From assembly GCF_035594765.1 (NCBI RefSeq), contig NC_085842.1, positions 45,856,782 to 45,920,781 on the forward strand: DNA of 64,000 bases, written 5' to 3'. Shown in pieces: positions 39,598-54,500 of the stretch. Under the pieces are notes generated by a model. It worked only from the letters and a program-made list of their open reading frames with translations, was not told the origin of the DNA and ran no database searches. Made by a program: the position numbers and the translations under genes. How positions within the stretch are numbered: position 1 is the stretch's first letter; the number at the start of each line of letters is the position of its first letter. This DNA comes from Anolis carolinensis (lineage: Eukaryota).

Positions 39598-42500
39598 GTT
39601 AACACAACATTTATTTTTTACCTAAGTATGACAGGAAAATATTCAAATTGTGGGTGAACTCAAAATGACAACAATTTCAAACTGTTTCATTCACACTGAA
39701 ATGGGTTGTTTGGAGTCACTGAATGAATTGGGGATTATTACAAATAAATATGCTTGATTATTTTTGAAATAATGAATAATAATGAAGCTGCTGCAAGCAA
39801 GGTCCCCTCTCCTCTGACATTCCTTCTGTTGATTGGGTAGAGCAGACTAATTTTTCCACTCAACTCCCACAAACAATATTTGGCTCAAGAAGGCATTTCA
39901 ACAGGAGTTCTGCTTCTGACTCTCACAGTAGATATTGCTTGCAGGAGAGGGTTGAAACATCAGTTTGTTACGTTCTGATTGACAGGAGAATAGACCCATA
40001 TCATACCAGCAAATCAGGATGAGGGGGTTTGGTCTTGGCCACAGCTTCTTAAACCCAATGTGTGGTTTTGTAACTTTATCTGGGGGTTGCACTATATGGC
40101 AGTGTAGATCCAACCAAAGTATACTTAAAGTCTAAGTAGGCTTAGACTATAGCTATGGTATCAACTTCATTATTTTAGTTAGTCTCTAAGGAACTAGAAG
40201 TTCACCTTGTTTTAATATTCTGGCTATAACTTTGAATTCTACTCCAATCAAATTATTTCTGTGCCCCTGGTGAGCAGGCCACTGAAGGACAATGCATTCA
40301 GCCCCCTCTCTCCACTGAGCCAAGGTACAAAAAGCTATTATTATCAGACCCCAGATCCTGCTACGCCATCATAGCTAGTAGATGTCCCATATAGGATTTT
40401 GGCTTTAATGAGAAAGGCACGACTAATCAGTAAACACATAATACATAGTACATAAAACATATATGCCATAGTTGTGGTTTTGATCCAGTAAAGCAAATCC
40501 TTTATGCACAGCAGACCAAAACTTTTGTCTCCAAATAGCTTACTTTACGATCATTAATTAATCTGCTAACTAAATTATGCTACAGTAACTAAACTAATTA
40601 ATTAAGCTAATTTTAGGTATCATTAATTCAACTGTCTTGCTGGTACTCTCATTATTCCTTTCATAGCTACAGCAAGTCGAACACCTAAGCTTGCAAAATA
40701 GTTCCCATTTATCAGCACCTGTTCTGCGACGGGGAAGGAAAGTTGATTCTTTTCTTTGGAATTAACAATGTGTAAACTGTTCCAGTCTGTGGGTGATGGG
40801 AAAACTGAGTGTTAGTTTTGATGCTGAAATAATAGCTGAGAGTTGTTTGATTTGCACTAGTCAGGCGATAATCGCTACACATTATCTTATTAAAGTTATT
40901 GAAGCACGGGTGAGGGGTAGCAAAGAGGTTACCCTAAATGTCCTAATCTCCCAGTCTTGGAATTACTGAGTGTATCTGTTATGGGTTATGAATTCTTTCT
41001 CATATCATGGAAGATGATGTGGGGAACAGAGCCGAACCAGATGATGTGGATTTCAAACTGGCCTGGAGGCCTGCGTGCCCAAACCTTCTGGGGTTCATTT
41101 TGTTCAGTTAGGAAGATCTCACTTCTTTTGAAGGTTGAGGGAAGGAAATATTTGGTTATTCAAAATCTTGCAACTGACATGGTGAGGTTGCCCTGAAAAT
41201 CAGCTACACCAAGTGACATTGCCTATCCACCACTTTAACACACAAAAAACATGTGACAGCCATGCTGCCTACTAGATAGCTCTAAACTAGTCCACTCTCC
41301 AAAATGGGCAATGATCTTTTCACAACACAATCCCATATTTCCACCAATTCAAACAAAGAAGTCTGGCAGGGCAAGTAGAGAGGCTCAAGATTTCTATTTG
41401 GAAACCAATGGTCTTTTCACACTGCACAATTATAGTGTTAGGAATCCTCTTTAACTGCCATGGCAACATCCTATGGAATCCTGAAATCTGTGGTTTAGAA
41501 AAGAATACTGAGACTTCTTAGCCATCGAGTTTTAATGCCTCACCAAACTACAACTTCAAGGATTTCAAAGAGGAGAACCATGACATTTAAAATGATTTCA
41601 TGTGAAAAGACCCCAATCAGCCTTCGACAACACACAGACCCCAATCGATTTCTATTCTAAATATGAATGTGAATTTATCCTGAGAAACAAAGCCACTTTA
41701 GGTGCTTCCAGATATCCCCAAAATGTGAGATTTAGAAGAGGGGCAAAAAAACCTGGGACCTCAGAGCAGGTCTCCACACTGACCTGCCAGTCCTGTTATT
41801 TCTGAAGTGTGTGTCATCTAAGACTGCCTGGAGTTGGAAATCAATTACCTTCTCAATCACCTTGCCCCCAAAAGGAAGGTTAGACACTGGTCTTTAATGA
41901 TTAAGGTCCAGGGGATCTAGGGAGGGCTATTTCAGCTGAGGTCTAACAATTACTGCTTGTTTTAAACAGGATGGAAATTTCCCCTTCCTGACAGATGCTT
42001 TCATAATTTGTTGTATTTGAGATCAAATTGCACCTCCTCCAGAAAGCAAGTTGTCCTCCTTACTAGCCCCAGTAGCTTTTGAAAGTAACAAGATTCAGTC
42101 TGATTCATCACACCTATAAAGAACTTCATTCTTACTAAATTTTTAACTAACTCCATAATGCTAAGTTTTGCTTAAAGGCAATCTTCATCTTCAATTATTA
42201 CTCCTGATATCTGGAAATCAGAGCTACAAGACTTTTGAGTATTGGTGTTCCATTTGGATCTCACGGCCAGAGGCGGTTCAACTACCTGGCCAACTAGGCA
42301 GTTGCCTGTGGCACCATCTTGTTGGGGACACCATCGAGGCAACTCCTGTCTCCTGCGGCCTGCCTCCGCTGCCGCGCCTCCCTCCACAAGGAAGGAGCTG
42401 AGGTTGGCGCTTTGGGGAGCAGGAAGGCATTCGGGGCTTTGCAGAGCAGAGAAGCTGCCAAATGCCTTCCTGGCGAGGCCTCACCAGGAAAGCCTCACCA

Positions 42501-45500
42501 GGAAGGCGTTTGTTGGTTTGGGGAGCAGAGAAGCACCGCTTCTCTGCTCCCCAAAGCCCCGAACGCCTTCCTGGCGAGAACGAATGTCTAGATTTCTCCT
42601 GTTTTCAGAGTGTTGTTCTTTATTTATTGTCCTGATTTTAGAGTTTTTTAATACCGGGGGTTATCTAAGTCCACACTGCCCTATATCCCTGTTCAATATT
42701 TGGTGCTAAATTCGCAAATATAGTAATTCCTACATAACATTACCATGTATTGAATTGTTTTTTCTGTTGATTTGTTGTAAAACATGATGTTTTGGTGCTT
42801 AATTTGTAAAATCTTGATGTAATTTGATGTTTAACAGGCTTTTCCTTAATCCCTCCTTATTATCCAACATTTTTGCTTATCCAATGCTTTTATTTTTCAG
42901 TGATTGGTTTTTTTTGGGGGGGGGTGCCAAAATTCTGTTCGCCTACACTTGAAAAATACCTAGGGCCGGCTGTGCTCATGGCAAATCAATAACACTCATT
43001 TCCCTGATGGATGGAGGAGTCTGGGAACTATGGTCCCAAAAAGTAAACCTTTCAAGCTCTGCTCTACATAAAACCCAACCAAGCTATTGGGGTTCATAAC
43101 TCACAAACAAATTTTCAGGCGATGAATTATATATGCTTATCATGTGCTATGTTTTTATATATAAACTTTTCATGAGGACAAGTGTCACTTGTGAGTGAGT
43201 ACCAGGACAAGAGGGATGTTTACAATGAGTTGGTTTTCATCATTTTCTCCTTTTCATCAGGACAACATCCTCTGTGGATTGCCATCAAAATGACCTATTT
43301 TGTGAAACTAAAATCAAGACTAAGGAAGAACAACCCTCATGTGATGCAGAAGGTGAACACTTTGGATTATAAAACAATAGAATGTTACTCATATTAGTTA
43401 ACACAGAGTTGAATGATCCAGTACCTATGAGTTCTGGATCAAAAGCTCTAGTTACAGAAGACACCTTTACTTCATTTTGGGGGGTAATCAACTTTTCTCA
43501 CCCACACTACATGTCATCCCATTCAGCAGGGTCCTCCAGTCCTTTATGGGGTATTTTCAGGGGTTGAAAGATCTCCTGAAAGAGTATAAGATGGAGCAGA
43601 CCACTTCTGACATCCTTAAATTTGGACTTTGCATCCATATAAAACCCAAGTCTCTTAAAGCAGCAATGTTGGCAGATCCCATCTACAAAGTATGTTTGGA
43701 ATTTGTCTCTCTGAGTAGATCCATGAAAGAGAGAGGTATGCTCTGGCAGATGAGACGTTCAAACATATATACTTTTTGTTGTTGTTGACTCCTGTTAAGT
43801 CTACTTCAACTTATGATGATCCAGCGGATGAAAGACCTTGGGGTTACCTTGTTTTCAACACCCCTGCTCAGTTTGTTCCTCTATAAAGATACTCCAGCAA
43901 ATATCTAGAATTGTATCTCCCAGGTATTGCCATATTTTGAGCAATATATTGTCAAAACAACATTGAGAGTGCATTGCAAAGCATTCATTGTTCAAAGAAC
44001 ACCAGCAATTATAAATTTCTTAAATTGGGTTGTTTTTGAGGAATAATTGGTTCTTCTCTTGACTATGCACAAAGACCTGTGCAACAAAGTAAATGTTTCC
44101 TTGATATATATCATGTGGCTGTATATAAAGTTTTCTCTTAATGACAGATGGCAGAGAGTGTACCATGGTAGGAAATTAGTACTCCCTTCTGTCTACAGAA
44201 CTGGACCCCTACCTACCGAGACACATAAATAGGCATTTTGATAGTTTTCTGTTTGGCTTGGAGATTGTTTGTTCTTGAGATAATGTGTCTTCCAGAGAAG
44301 AACAAATCTCTTCTCTCTTTTGATTTCTAAAAGTGCATGAGCTTTTATACAGAAGGAACTGGGCCAACAATTCATTGCTCAAAATATCAGTTGTCCTTCT
44401 CTAACATTGGTCATGATTATCTCTACTAAATCTCACAAGATTTGGACAATTGGCACATAGATACAAGGAACGACATTTGCATAAACATCCTGAAGCACAG
44501 CCAACAATTTATTTAGCCTCTGGGTTCTTTCCTCATGATGCTGATGTATTTGTAGGCTGGCCATGTGCATGGTTTGACTTTTAAAAATGTATGTCTGGCT
44601 TGTAATAGCAGCTCCTCTTTCAGTTTGGGCCTTGTCCCCTTCCACACCACTTTCCTCAGAATTACTTTGGGAGCATCTACACCAGTGCTTCTTAACCTGC
44701 GGTCCCCAGATGTTTTTGGCCTACAACTCCCAGAAATCCCAGCCAGTTTACCAGCTGTTAGGATTTCTGGGAGTTGAAGGCCAAAAACATCTGGGGACCC
44801 CAGGCTGAAAACCACTGATCTAGACTGTAGTATTAATGCAATTTGTCACCACTTTAACTGCCATGGCTCAATGTTATGGACTCCTAGTTTGGTGAGGCCC
44901 CAGATCACTTTTGTAGAGAAGGCTAAAGATCTACAGCTCCCATGATCACATAGCCTTGAGCTATGGCACTTAAAGTGGTGTCAAACTACAATAATTCTAC
45001 AATTTAGATGGTCCCCTTGTGATTAGGGGCACTCCTTTTTGTGGAATTGCTCCAGTTGATTCATAACAACGCTTTCCAGCATTGCAGGGGCAATTCTCAT
45101 GAAGGAGGAAGACTCTCTTCTCCACAACTTATTTTCCACAGGAGAAAAGCAAGCAAAGCAATATCAGAGAAAAGCAGGACTACAGAACTTTCTATTTTCT
45201 CATACAATGTAGAAAAAAAATTAAATTAGGAAAGGTGAATAAATTCAGCTAAATACTGTGGAGCTATGGCAGTGTAGTACTATACTTTATTGTAAGCTAT
45301 CAACCACATTATGACTAATGTTGTACTTCAGTTCCCATCCTCCTCCACTATTGGCTTGCTGTCTTTGCTTGCGGGGGGATATAGTCCAGCAGCATGTGTG
45401 GAGTTATCTAACCCTTGCAAAGATTTGAAGGGTTTGCTTTTTTTTGTTTCCCTTTGTGTCTAGGCCAACTTTATAGAATGCTGGTGCAGATGATGAGAGC

Positions 45501-48500
45501 CAGAAGAATTTTAGTAATAGGCATGTTCAACTTTCCATGCCTTCTGGCTATGGTTGATGTGGTTCCAGATGATGGGAAGATAACTCTATGTGCCCCACAG
45601 TCATATTTGGGAGAAGCCACCCAGAAAGCACCTGATTTCTTATCTCATAGGAAGAAAATAAGGGAGAAAAATGGACCTATAACAGACTCTCTTAAGGTAT
45701 CATTTTGATGTTTATATTGGACATCTGTAGCATAATAATTAATTAACAACTAAACCACATCTTATATCTGAGGATATCAGGCCAGTTGTATAATAAAATC
45801 TGTTTAGAACAATTTAAAAGAATGGCAATAATTTTAAGACTAAACATGTATGAAATATGTTTAGCACTTATCATAATTAAAAACTGGTTAAAATAATTTT
45901 GATTTGAAGGACACCAGTGTTGATTTGAAGGCCTTTGGGGGGGGGGGGAACAGTATTCCATAACTGGGGAAAACAACAATTGCAAGTCAGTTGTAATTTG
46001 ACATGTATTTTATTAGAAGCCCTTTCACACTATACAGTTATAGCACTAAGATTCCACTTTAACTGCCATGGCACGTTTTTAAGGTTGATTTTGGACTAAC
46101 ATTTGTAGACTTATACATAAGTATACAAGGTAATTGCTCAAGATCTGGGAAGTTCAGTTTTGGACTCCAACTTCCCAAAGCCCTCAGCCAACACACAATG
46201 ACTGGGGCATTCTGGGCATTGCCCAAGTTCTGTGGTTGCTAATATGATATGGGCTCGATGTAGCTTAATTTCTATTCATGGTAGAGTTTTAAGTTTGGCT
46301 TTCATTGAAATGATAACTAGCTATTTAACCCTTTTTTCTGTCATGATGATGTTGTCAGGGAATAGAAAATATCCATATCAGAGAATAATTTTGGCAACTA
46401 TGTCAATTGCCGGGGGGGGGGGGGGGGAGGGAAAGAAAGCATATTACAGATCACCCGCAATGTGTAATGATGGAAATCTTTGACTCCCCACAGAGAGTGT
46501 GAAATTAATTGAACTGCTGTTGCTCTCTAGTGCTCATTTTGTGTAACTGAATAAAAATTACTTGAGGCAAGCAAAGTACATATGGTGTGAAGATTAAGGA
46601 AGGAAACAGGAGGACAGCCAAGCATGTAAGTGAAACCTTTAAAGGAGACTGCATCATCATCACCATCATCATAATTATGTTTTGCCCAGACATGAGAAAA
46701 GGTTAAGTGATCCAAATAGTCAAAAGGAATCTGAAAGAAGAACTTCTTCAGATATGCTCAGTATTTCAAAATGGGTTTAACCAATATCCAATATGCTCTG
46801 CAGCATGGACATCGTAGGAAGTGTATTGCTTTTTCTGTTTTAACCCCACAAATCCAAAATGTGAAGAGACTTCTAAAATACATGGCAAATAAGAGATATA
46901 AGGCAACTCTGGAATAGCAAGAAGCAAATAAATACAGTTATGAATCTTGTTGCTAGTCCCAGTCAAAGTAGACTCATTGAGTCCGCTGTTGATTAGTCAG
47001 TAAAAAAAAATAGGTCAATGGATCTACTCTATTTGTAACTAACAATAGGATTCAAATTATGTATGTCTGTCCATGTATCTGTCTGATATTAATATAAATA
47101 TATTTTCCAGGATATTTAGAAAGAAGGCAGTGGCAACAGCATCATTTAACCTACTCAGAACTTAAGGTGCATTTACACTGTAGAGTTACTACATTTTGAT
47201 AGAACTTTAAATGCCATAACTCAATGCTATGGAACCCTGAGGGCGCTTCCAGACATGACTTAAATTCACACTGAAATGGGGTTAAAAACCCCACGTCGGA
47301 ATGGATTTAAAGCCCCACAAGCCATCCAAAACCTGGGTTTTCCTGGGGCAGGTGGCTACATGTCATTCCGATTACAGTCACCTTGAAGCCCCCAAAAGAA
47401 CCCCCAATTTCCTTCATGGTGCAAGGAAATGATGCCCCAGGAGATAGGGGCAGACTCCTTGGCACCCCCGTCCCATGGCATGTCATTTCCTTGTGCCAGG
47501 AGGATGTGAGGAGGACCATAATGGTGGCTGGGTATGTTTTAAAAACTTTTTAGAGGTTCTTTTGGGATTTCGTGGGAGGGAGTGGGTGCTCTTTCAGTTT
47601 TTTTAGCTCCTGGAAACCAAGATGGCTGTGTAGATTGGGCCTGGGTACCATGTGGCACGGTCCCCGAGACCAATCCACACTGGGCCCACACCCGATAAGA
47701 CCAAAGTTCTGGATCTTACCAGGTGTTTAATTAATTTGGAACAAAGCAGAACCCTGCTTTGTTCTGAATTAATTTGGTTTTACCAAGGTGTCATTTGGAC
47801 ACCTCCAATAAAACCCAGACTGGTCTCACTTTTAAGGCCTGTCTGGATTAGGAAAGCACCAGCTGTCTTTGGCAGAGAAGGCTAAAGCCCTTGTAAAACT
47901 ACAACTCTCCATGATTCCATAGCAATGAACCAAGCACTTTAAAGGGGTGTCAAACTGTAGTAATTCTACAGTGTAGATGCCTCTTCATTGCATAGGTAGG
48001 CATGAATAATTTTCTACTGCATTCCTTGAAAATATTGGGAAATTCTGCCAAGCTTTTTCTTATCTTTGCTTTCTATCTGTCCACTAAGAAACTGCACAAA
48101 GGAAAATGTGTCCCATTCTAAAGTAAGTTCCTTCTGTAACTTACCCTCTTCTTAGGCAGAGTGTAGTTTAACAAGAGGATAGAAAGTAATCTTTTAAAGA
48201 CTGTTGTTGCATGTCCTCAACTAACTTTTGACTTCTGGTGACCCTAAACCAAACCTATCACCGGGTTTACTTAACAGGGATTGTTTAAAAGTGGCTTGCC
48301 CTTGCTTTCCTCTGAACCGAGAGAGTGTGATCACTCATTGGGTTTTCATGGATGAAATGGGAGTCAAATTCTGGTCTCCAAAGTTATAGGGCATTTACAG
48401 ACAACTCCAAAATCCTAGTTTTATAGCTGAGATTAAACAATCCCGAGACCTGACAGAAGATCCACACACAGTCCTGTAAGTCCTAGGAAATGCTTCCCCA

Positions 48501-51500
48501 CCATCCTCACATCTTTTTAAGGAGATCAAAATGGGGGGGCAGATGAGGGACATCTGGAGGAAGGTGTTTTTTTTTTAATCACTTGGTTATGTGCTGTATC
48601 TCATATACACACAACTGAATATCTTAAAGAAAGACAAGCAGATTTGCTTGTGCGCATATGAGATCCTGTGCATAACAAAGTGACATCTTTTTTTCCATCG
48701 GGTTTCTATCTTCACCCAATTGTTAATTCAAACTCTCTTTAATATTACAAAGTTGAAAATAAATATTTTCAGAAAGTTCTAATTGCTTCCCACTTGTGCT
48801 TGCCTTGAGCCACCTGTGTGTCCGTGGCTCCATGTTTAACAGCCTGATCAGCTGATCAGCTGTCTCGGGCTTTTAAAAAGTGCATGTGCACTGGCAGTCC
48901 ACACAGGGGGAAAGGAAGTAAAGCAAATGTTTTGTATGGCTGCAGGGACATACACTCATGCAATGGTGTGCATTTTTCAGGCCAAATCAGGTTTTAAGCA
49001 CACCTTTTAAACTTGTGTTTTTCAGTTGTTAACCCAATTCCACTCGCACTTTGGCTAAATGTTGTTTAGCCCCCCCCCCCCCCCCGTTTACTTTTAACCT
49101 GGTTACTTCTGGGTTTTTAGCCATGTGTAGAAGGGCCCGTGGTCTAAAACTCAAACCATTATATCACACTGCCTCTCAAAAATAACATGAGTGAAAACAG
49201 CACCATTCTCTTTTTAAATGAATATTGAAAGAAGCTTTTTATTTACAGTTAGTGATCTTTAAAGGAAGTTTTTAGAAACATTTGGGGTGGCTTCTTAAAA
49301 AAAGTCTACCATTATCATCACTGATGGGATTTTTAAAAAAGTAATGAAAAACAAATAGCTAGTTTTAACATGTTCCTGAAAATAAACAACCACCCTTTAG
49401 AAAGCAATGTATGAACTCCTGACAATGAAGTCCTTTAAAGTCAAAACTAAATCCTGCTTTGATTCATTGCCCCATGCTGATTCTTTAGGCCCTGATCTGT
49501 TCCACTGTGAGTTTAGATTTCATCTGAACTCAGTATCTCTCAGGCTGGAGCTACACTGCCCTATATCCCAGAATAAGATCCCAGGTTATCTGCTTTGAAC
49601 TGGATTATATGCGTCTACACTACCATGTATTCTGTGTCAGGGTATTGTGTATTGTGAAATGTTAAAATCAATCTGGGTTATTAGAAATGCCTTATGTGTT
49701 AGTTTTTCGGCAAGGCATTTCAGCAGTTATGGAGTTAATGAGAGTCTGCTATGATTGACGTATCACAGGACCAATGGGGTCAAGTTTGTTTTGACCGGGA
49801 CTTTCTTTCTTGTTCCTGTGGAATGCAGAGGAGTGTCTTCAGGAGAGCAGTCTGGAAGAGCAGTAGAGCAGTGTCTGTGTGTGCATGAGTCGTTTCGGCA
49901 AGAGCACTCATGGAGAGAAGGACTGATTTGCTCTGTTTGTATATAGTCATGTAAATAAAGATATATTGCCATTGGATTTCCAACCGAACCCTCGTCTGCT
50001 GGAGTGTGTTTGTCCAGTGCTGTTTTTCCACACCGGGAGACAGTCTGGAGAAGGAGGTGAAGACTGGGATGGTGAATTTTTGGATTTCACTCTGCTACCC
50101 ATCATCCCCTGACATTCTGGAATAAGCAGATAATCTGGGATCAGATCCTGAGATATAAGGACAGTTTAGAAAGGGCCTCTGTGTGTATTTAGAAAGCTCA
50201 TGGCAGTGGGTTCAATTGCACCATTTGGAGTGCAATTGAGGCCCCTTCACACAGCTGTGTAAAATCCACATTGAACATTCTGGGTCATATGGCTGTGTGG
50301 AAGGGTCCTCCGTGATGTCTTGGGGGTACATGGGGCCTGCTCCTCCTCTTCTTCTTACGTGCTGCATGTTTATTTCCTCCTGAAATCTCCCTTATTTTTT
50401 TCAAGTGATACAGCAACATGTAACAACAGAAAAGAAGGAGGAGCCAGATTCCAGTAGGGAAGGGAAGTGGTACAGTGTGTGGGATCACAGCAAGGGGCTG
50501 AAACAGCAATGCCTCATTAACTCCCCTCTCCAAGATATCCATGACTTTTCATTAATTTAGGTATATCTGTACTTAGTTGCTTGCTTAATCCAATCACCAT
50601 CCACATTTGCTGTTTTGACAAATTTGACATTACCCTACCCTAGCCGACTTTCTCCTGCTTTCTAGGACAGAAATGACACTTGGCTCAGGTTGTTTAGCCC
50701 ATAGAGGTAGGAATGTAGACTGAGTTAAAGCCCCCCAAACCTTGTGCCAGTCTGTTTCTTATCTAGGTGGGCTCAGAAAAAGTGATTATCTGGTAGCTTG
50801 GTGCTAACCCCCTGCAGATTTGAAAGAAACATATCCCCTTTGTTCCCTCATCTTGACAGGGAAGCCCATGGACAACTGGGAAGAGAGAGCAGAGTGGAGA
50901 TTGCTTCTTTCAGAGTCTCCCAACACAGACTAAGCACCTACCAGGCACTGGGAGGTTACTCCATGCTGGAAGACCCCCAAAGATGTACACAGCAGCTCCA
51001 GCTTTGGGTGACAGTAGTGATCACTGTCCTTAGCCTTGAAACTGGGGCTGTTTTTCTGAATGGGCATACAACAGCTCTAGCTATGGAAGGTGGTCAGTGG
51101 TCAAAATCTGCCTCTTTCCTGAAGCTGGGCTGCTATGTGAATGTGCATATGGTCCCAGACTTTGAAAGGGGATCAGCACAAGGGACTGGCAACTAGGCAT
51201 ACATTCTTTCTGCTCATTTTCATCCAGAGAGTCCCTCAGCTGCCCAATTGGCAAGCCTGGGGTGCACTCAGGAGTCTTGCCCCTGCCTGCACTGTATTCA
51301 CATTCCCCCCCCCCACTTTTGTGAGGATCATGCAACCCTATCCTCTGCAAATGTGGAGGTCCAACTATATATTGCAAGATAAAGATACCTCATCTAGAAT
51401 TGCAAAAGCCAAAATACCCCCAAATCTGAAATCGTCCCCATGGGTGGTTGAGATAGTGATGGCTTTACAATTTGATGGTTCAATATACATGAGCTTTTTA

Positions 51501-54500
51501 TGCACAAAATTACTAACATTAATTTATATAAAATTACCTTTAGGCTATGTGTATGAAGTGCACAAGAAACAAAACTGAATTTCATGTTTAGACTTGGGTT
51601 CCATCTCCAAAGTAACTCAGTATGTATGTATATGCAAATATAGTTATTACGAAATCTGAAAAAACAACAAAAACAAACAAAATCCAAAACACGTTTGGTC
51701 CCAAGCATGTTTGATTTGGACAACAACAAAAATGTTATTTAGATATACTTCTTATTGAACCTTGCCTCTAACATTTTGAAATGTCCTTGTTTATAAAAGT
51801 CTTTGTCCTTGCAATAAAGAGACAGAGTTTTAGGAGAGGCAGGTTTTCATAGACTCACATGGAAGCACCTTTAAGTCAAAGCCACAGATTTCCTATTAGG
51901 ATACTTTGGAAGAGGTTGAAGGAAGAAGGATCTTTACCAAAGACTACAGAGTGAAGGATACTGCAATCCCACAGGTCACAGCTGGCTCCACAAGAGGGAA
52001 TTCAGGTACAAAACGCAAAAAAACAGCAGATGGTTGTACCCACAGGCTGGACTTACTCCCACATGTTCTCCCATCCCTCTACAGATGCTGCTCTGAACAG
52101 CTGCCAAACTAAATTATCCCACAGTAGCCTTCTGTTGTATAGCCTTTGTTTGCTTGTTGATATGCTGGAACCTGAACAGAACATATGCACAGGCCCTCAG
52201 TTAATTGTGTCTCTTTTCTAAGACCTGCTGTTCAGGTAATCTGAATTTCAGTTATAGCTGGAATCATGGTATGCTGTTTGTTGAGTTTTATTTGCCTGGG
52301 TCTTAAATATACACTTTATGTTTTTAAATTGAAACACAAAAGAAAAGTGGTTTAAATTAGAAGGGACATTAATGGTCCCTTCTAATCGTCTATACCAATG
52401 GTTCTCAACCTTCCTAATGCCGCGATCCCTTAATACAGTTCCTCATGTTGTGGTGACCGCCAACCATAAAATTATTTTCATTGCTACATCATAACTGTTA
52501 TTTTGCTACTGTTATGAATTGTAATTCCACAGTTTGAAGACTTGGATGTTCCAACATGCTTTTGAACAGTAGGTTTGTTTTTATCACCATCCAGTCTTAA
52601 CTATTTACTGCCCTAACCCTCAGCACTTTACCCTATTCCTGAATCTCATTGCCTTGCGTTTTTGCACATGCCTGCCTTCCCTGTAATTTCTTAGTAGCCC
52701 CACTGTTTAGTCCTGATGCTTGCTGATGTATCTTATGAATGTTATTTTACTGTTTTTGTTTTAATTTATATGCTGTCATCATATTGTTTTATCTATTGAT
52801 TGGGCTTGGTCCCCATGTGAACCGCTCTGAGTCCCCTTGGGGAGATGGAAGCGGGTTATAAATAAAGTTTTTTATTATTAGTAATGTAAATATCTGATGT
52901 GCAGGATGTATTTTCATTCACTGGACCAAATACATGATATGGCCAAATTTGAATACTGGTGGGGTTGGGTGGTGGTGGTGGTGATTTTGTCATTTGGGAC
53001 TTGTAGTTGCTGGGGTTTATAGTTCACCTACAATCAAAGAGCATTCTGAACTCCACCAATGATGGAATTGAACCAAACTTGGTATACAGAACTCCCATGA
53101 GCAAAAAGAAATACTAGAAGAGTTTGGTGGGCATTGACCTTGAGTTTGGGAGTTGTAGATCACCCAGGAAGCTCTGGTGTGGGCTGGTCCATGAGGTCAC
53201 GAAGAGTCGGAAATGACTGAACAAATAAACAACAACACAAGTTCACCCATAAAGCACTGTGGACTCAAACAATGATGGATCTGGACCAAACTTGGTACAA
53301 ATACTCAATCTGCCCAAATTGGTGGGGTTTGGGGAAAAATAGACCTTGACATTTGGGAGTTGTATTTGATGGGATTTATAGTTCACTTACACTCAAAGAG
53401 CCCTTTGAACCCCACCAATGATTAAATTTGGGCAAAACTTCCCACACAGAACCCCTATGACCAACAGAAAATACTAGTCTTTGGCGACCTCTCTGAACAC
53501 CCCCCTGCAACACCCCCAGGGGTCCTGATCCCCAGGTTGAGAAACGCTGGTCTACACTGTCCTTATATCCCAGGATTTGATCCCAGATTTTCTTCTTATC
53601 CCACATTATATGGAGACACATATAATCCAGTTCAAAGCAGATAACTTGGGGCCCTTCCACACAGCCCTATATCCCAGAAGATCAAGGCAGAAAATCCCAC
53701 AATATTGGCTTTGAACTGGGTTATCTGAGTTCACACTCAAACAATGTGGGATTTTCTGCCTTGATCTTCTGGGATATAGGGCTGTGTGGAGGGGCCCTGG
53801 GATTAACTCGGAAGTCCCTGAACAGACTCAGAAGCAGAGTGGGCAGATCAAAAGACAACCTAGAAAAATGGCACTACCTACAAGAATCCTCCATCTTGTG
53901 TGACTGTGGAACAGAACAAACAACTCTGCATCTGTATGCTTGCCCACAATGCCCTGCCTCATGCACAGAGGAAGAATTGTTTACAGCTACAGACAATGTG
54001 GTCTCTGTTGCCCATTTTTGGTCAAAAACTATTTAACTGCTGTGTTCCCTCTATTTTTAACAATTTTATACTTATTTATGCAGTGCTTTTGATGCAAAAT
54101 AATAATAACCGGGGATGCGATCCTGGGATATAAGGACAGTGTAGAAGAGGCCTGAGATGATGAGAACAATAACAATAATACTTAGCATTTCCGGTGTCCT
54201 TTCTTAGGCTTGATACATCCCATTGTAACAATATGACATGGACAGACTATGGTATTAGAATGGCATACCCCACCATAGTTGCACTGTATTGATTTATTTT
54301 AGCTTTGGAATTTTCAGGTTTATTATTTAGATTGTGCTGAAGTTTCAGATCCCACCATTTGAAAGCCTTAACAAGATCATACTGGGAAGTAATAACACCA
54401 TATTTGCAAAAGATTCCGGTAATTGCAGCACACTGTGGAAGCATGTTAGGGACTTTGGCTGCCTTTTTCATCCCCTCCTCTCGTTTATTCGACAGGCTAG

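Noticed and set aside
43477-43788. 103-aa ORF downstream of an MT-Ox exon, possibly an extra exon
   Set aside because: No recognisable OMT similarity; the MT-Ox frame is already complete without it
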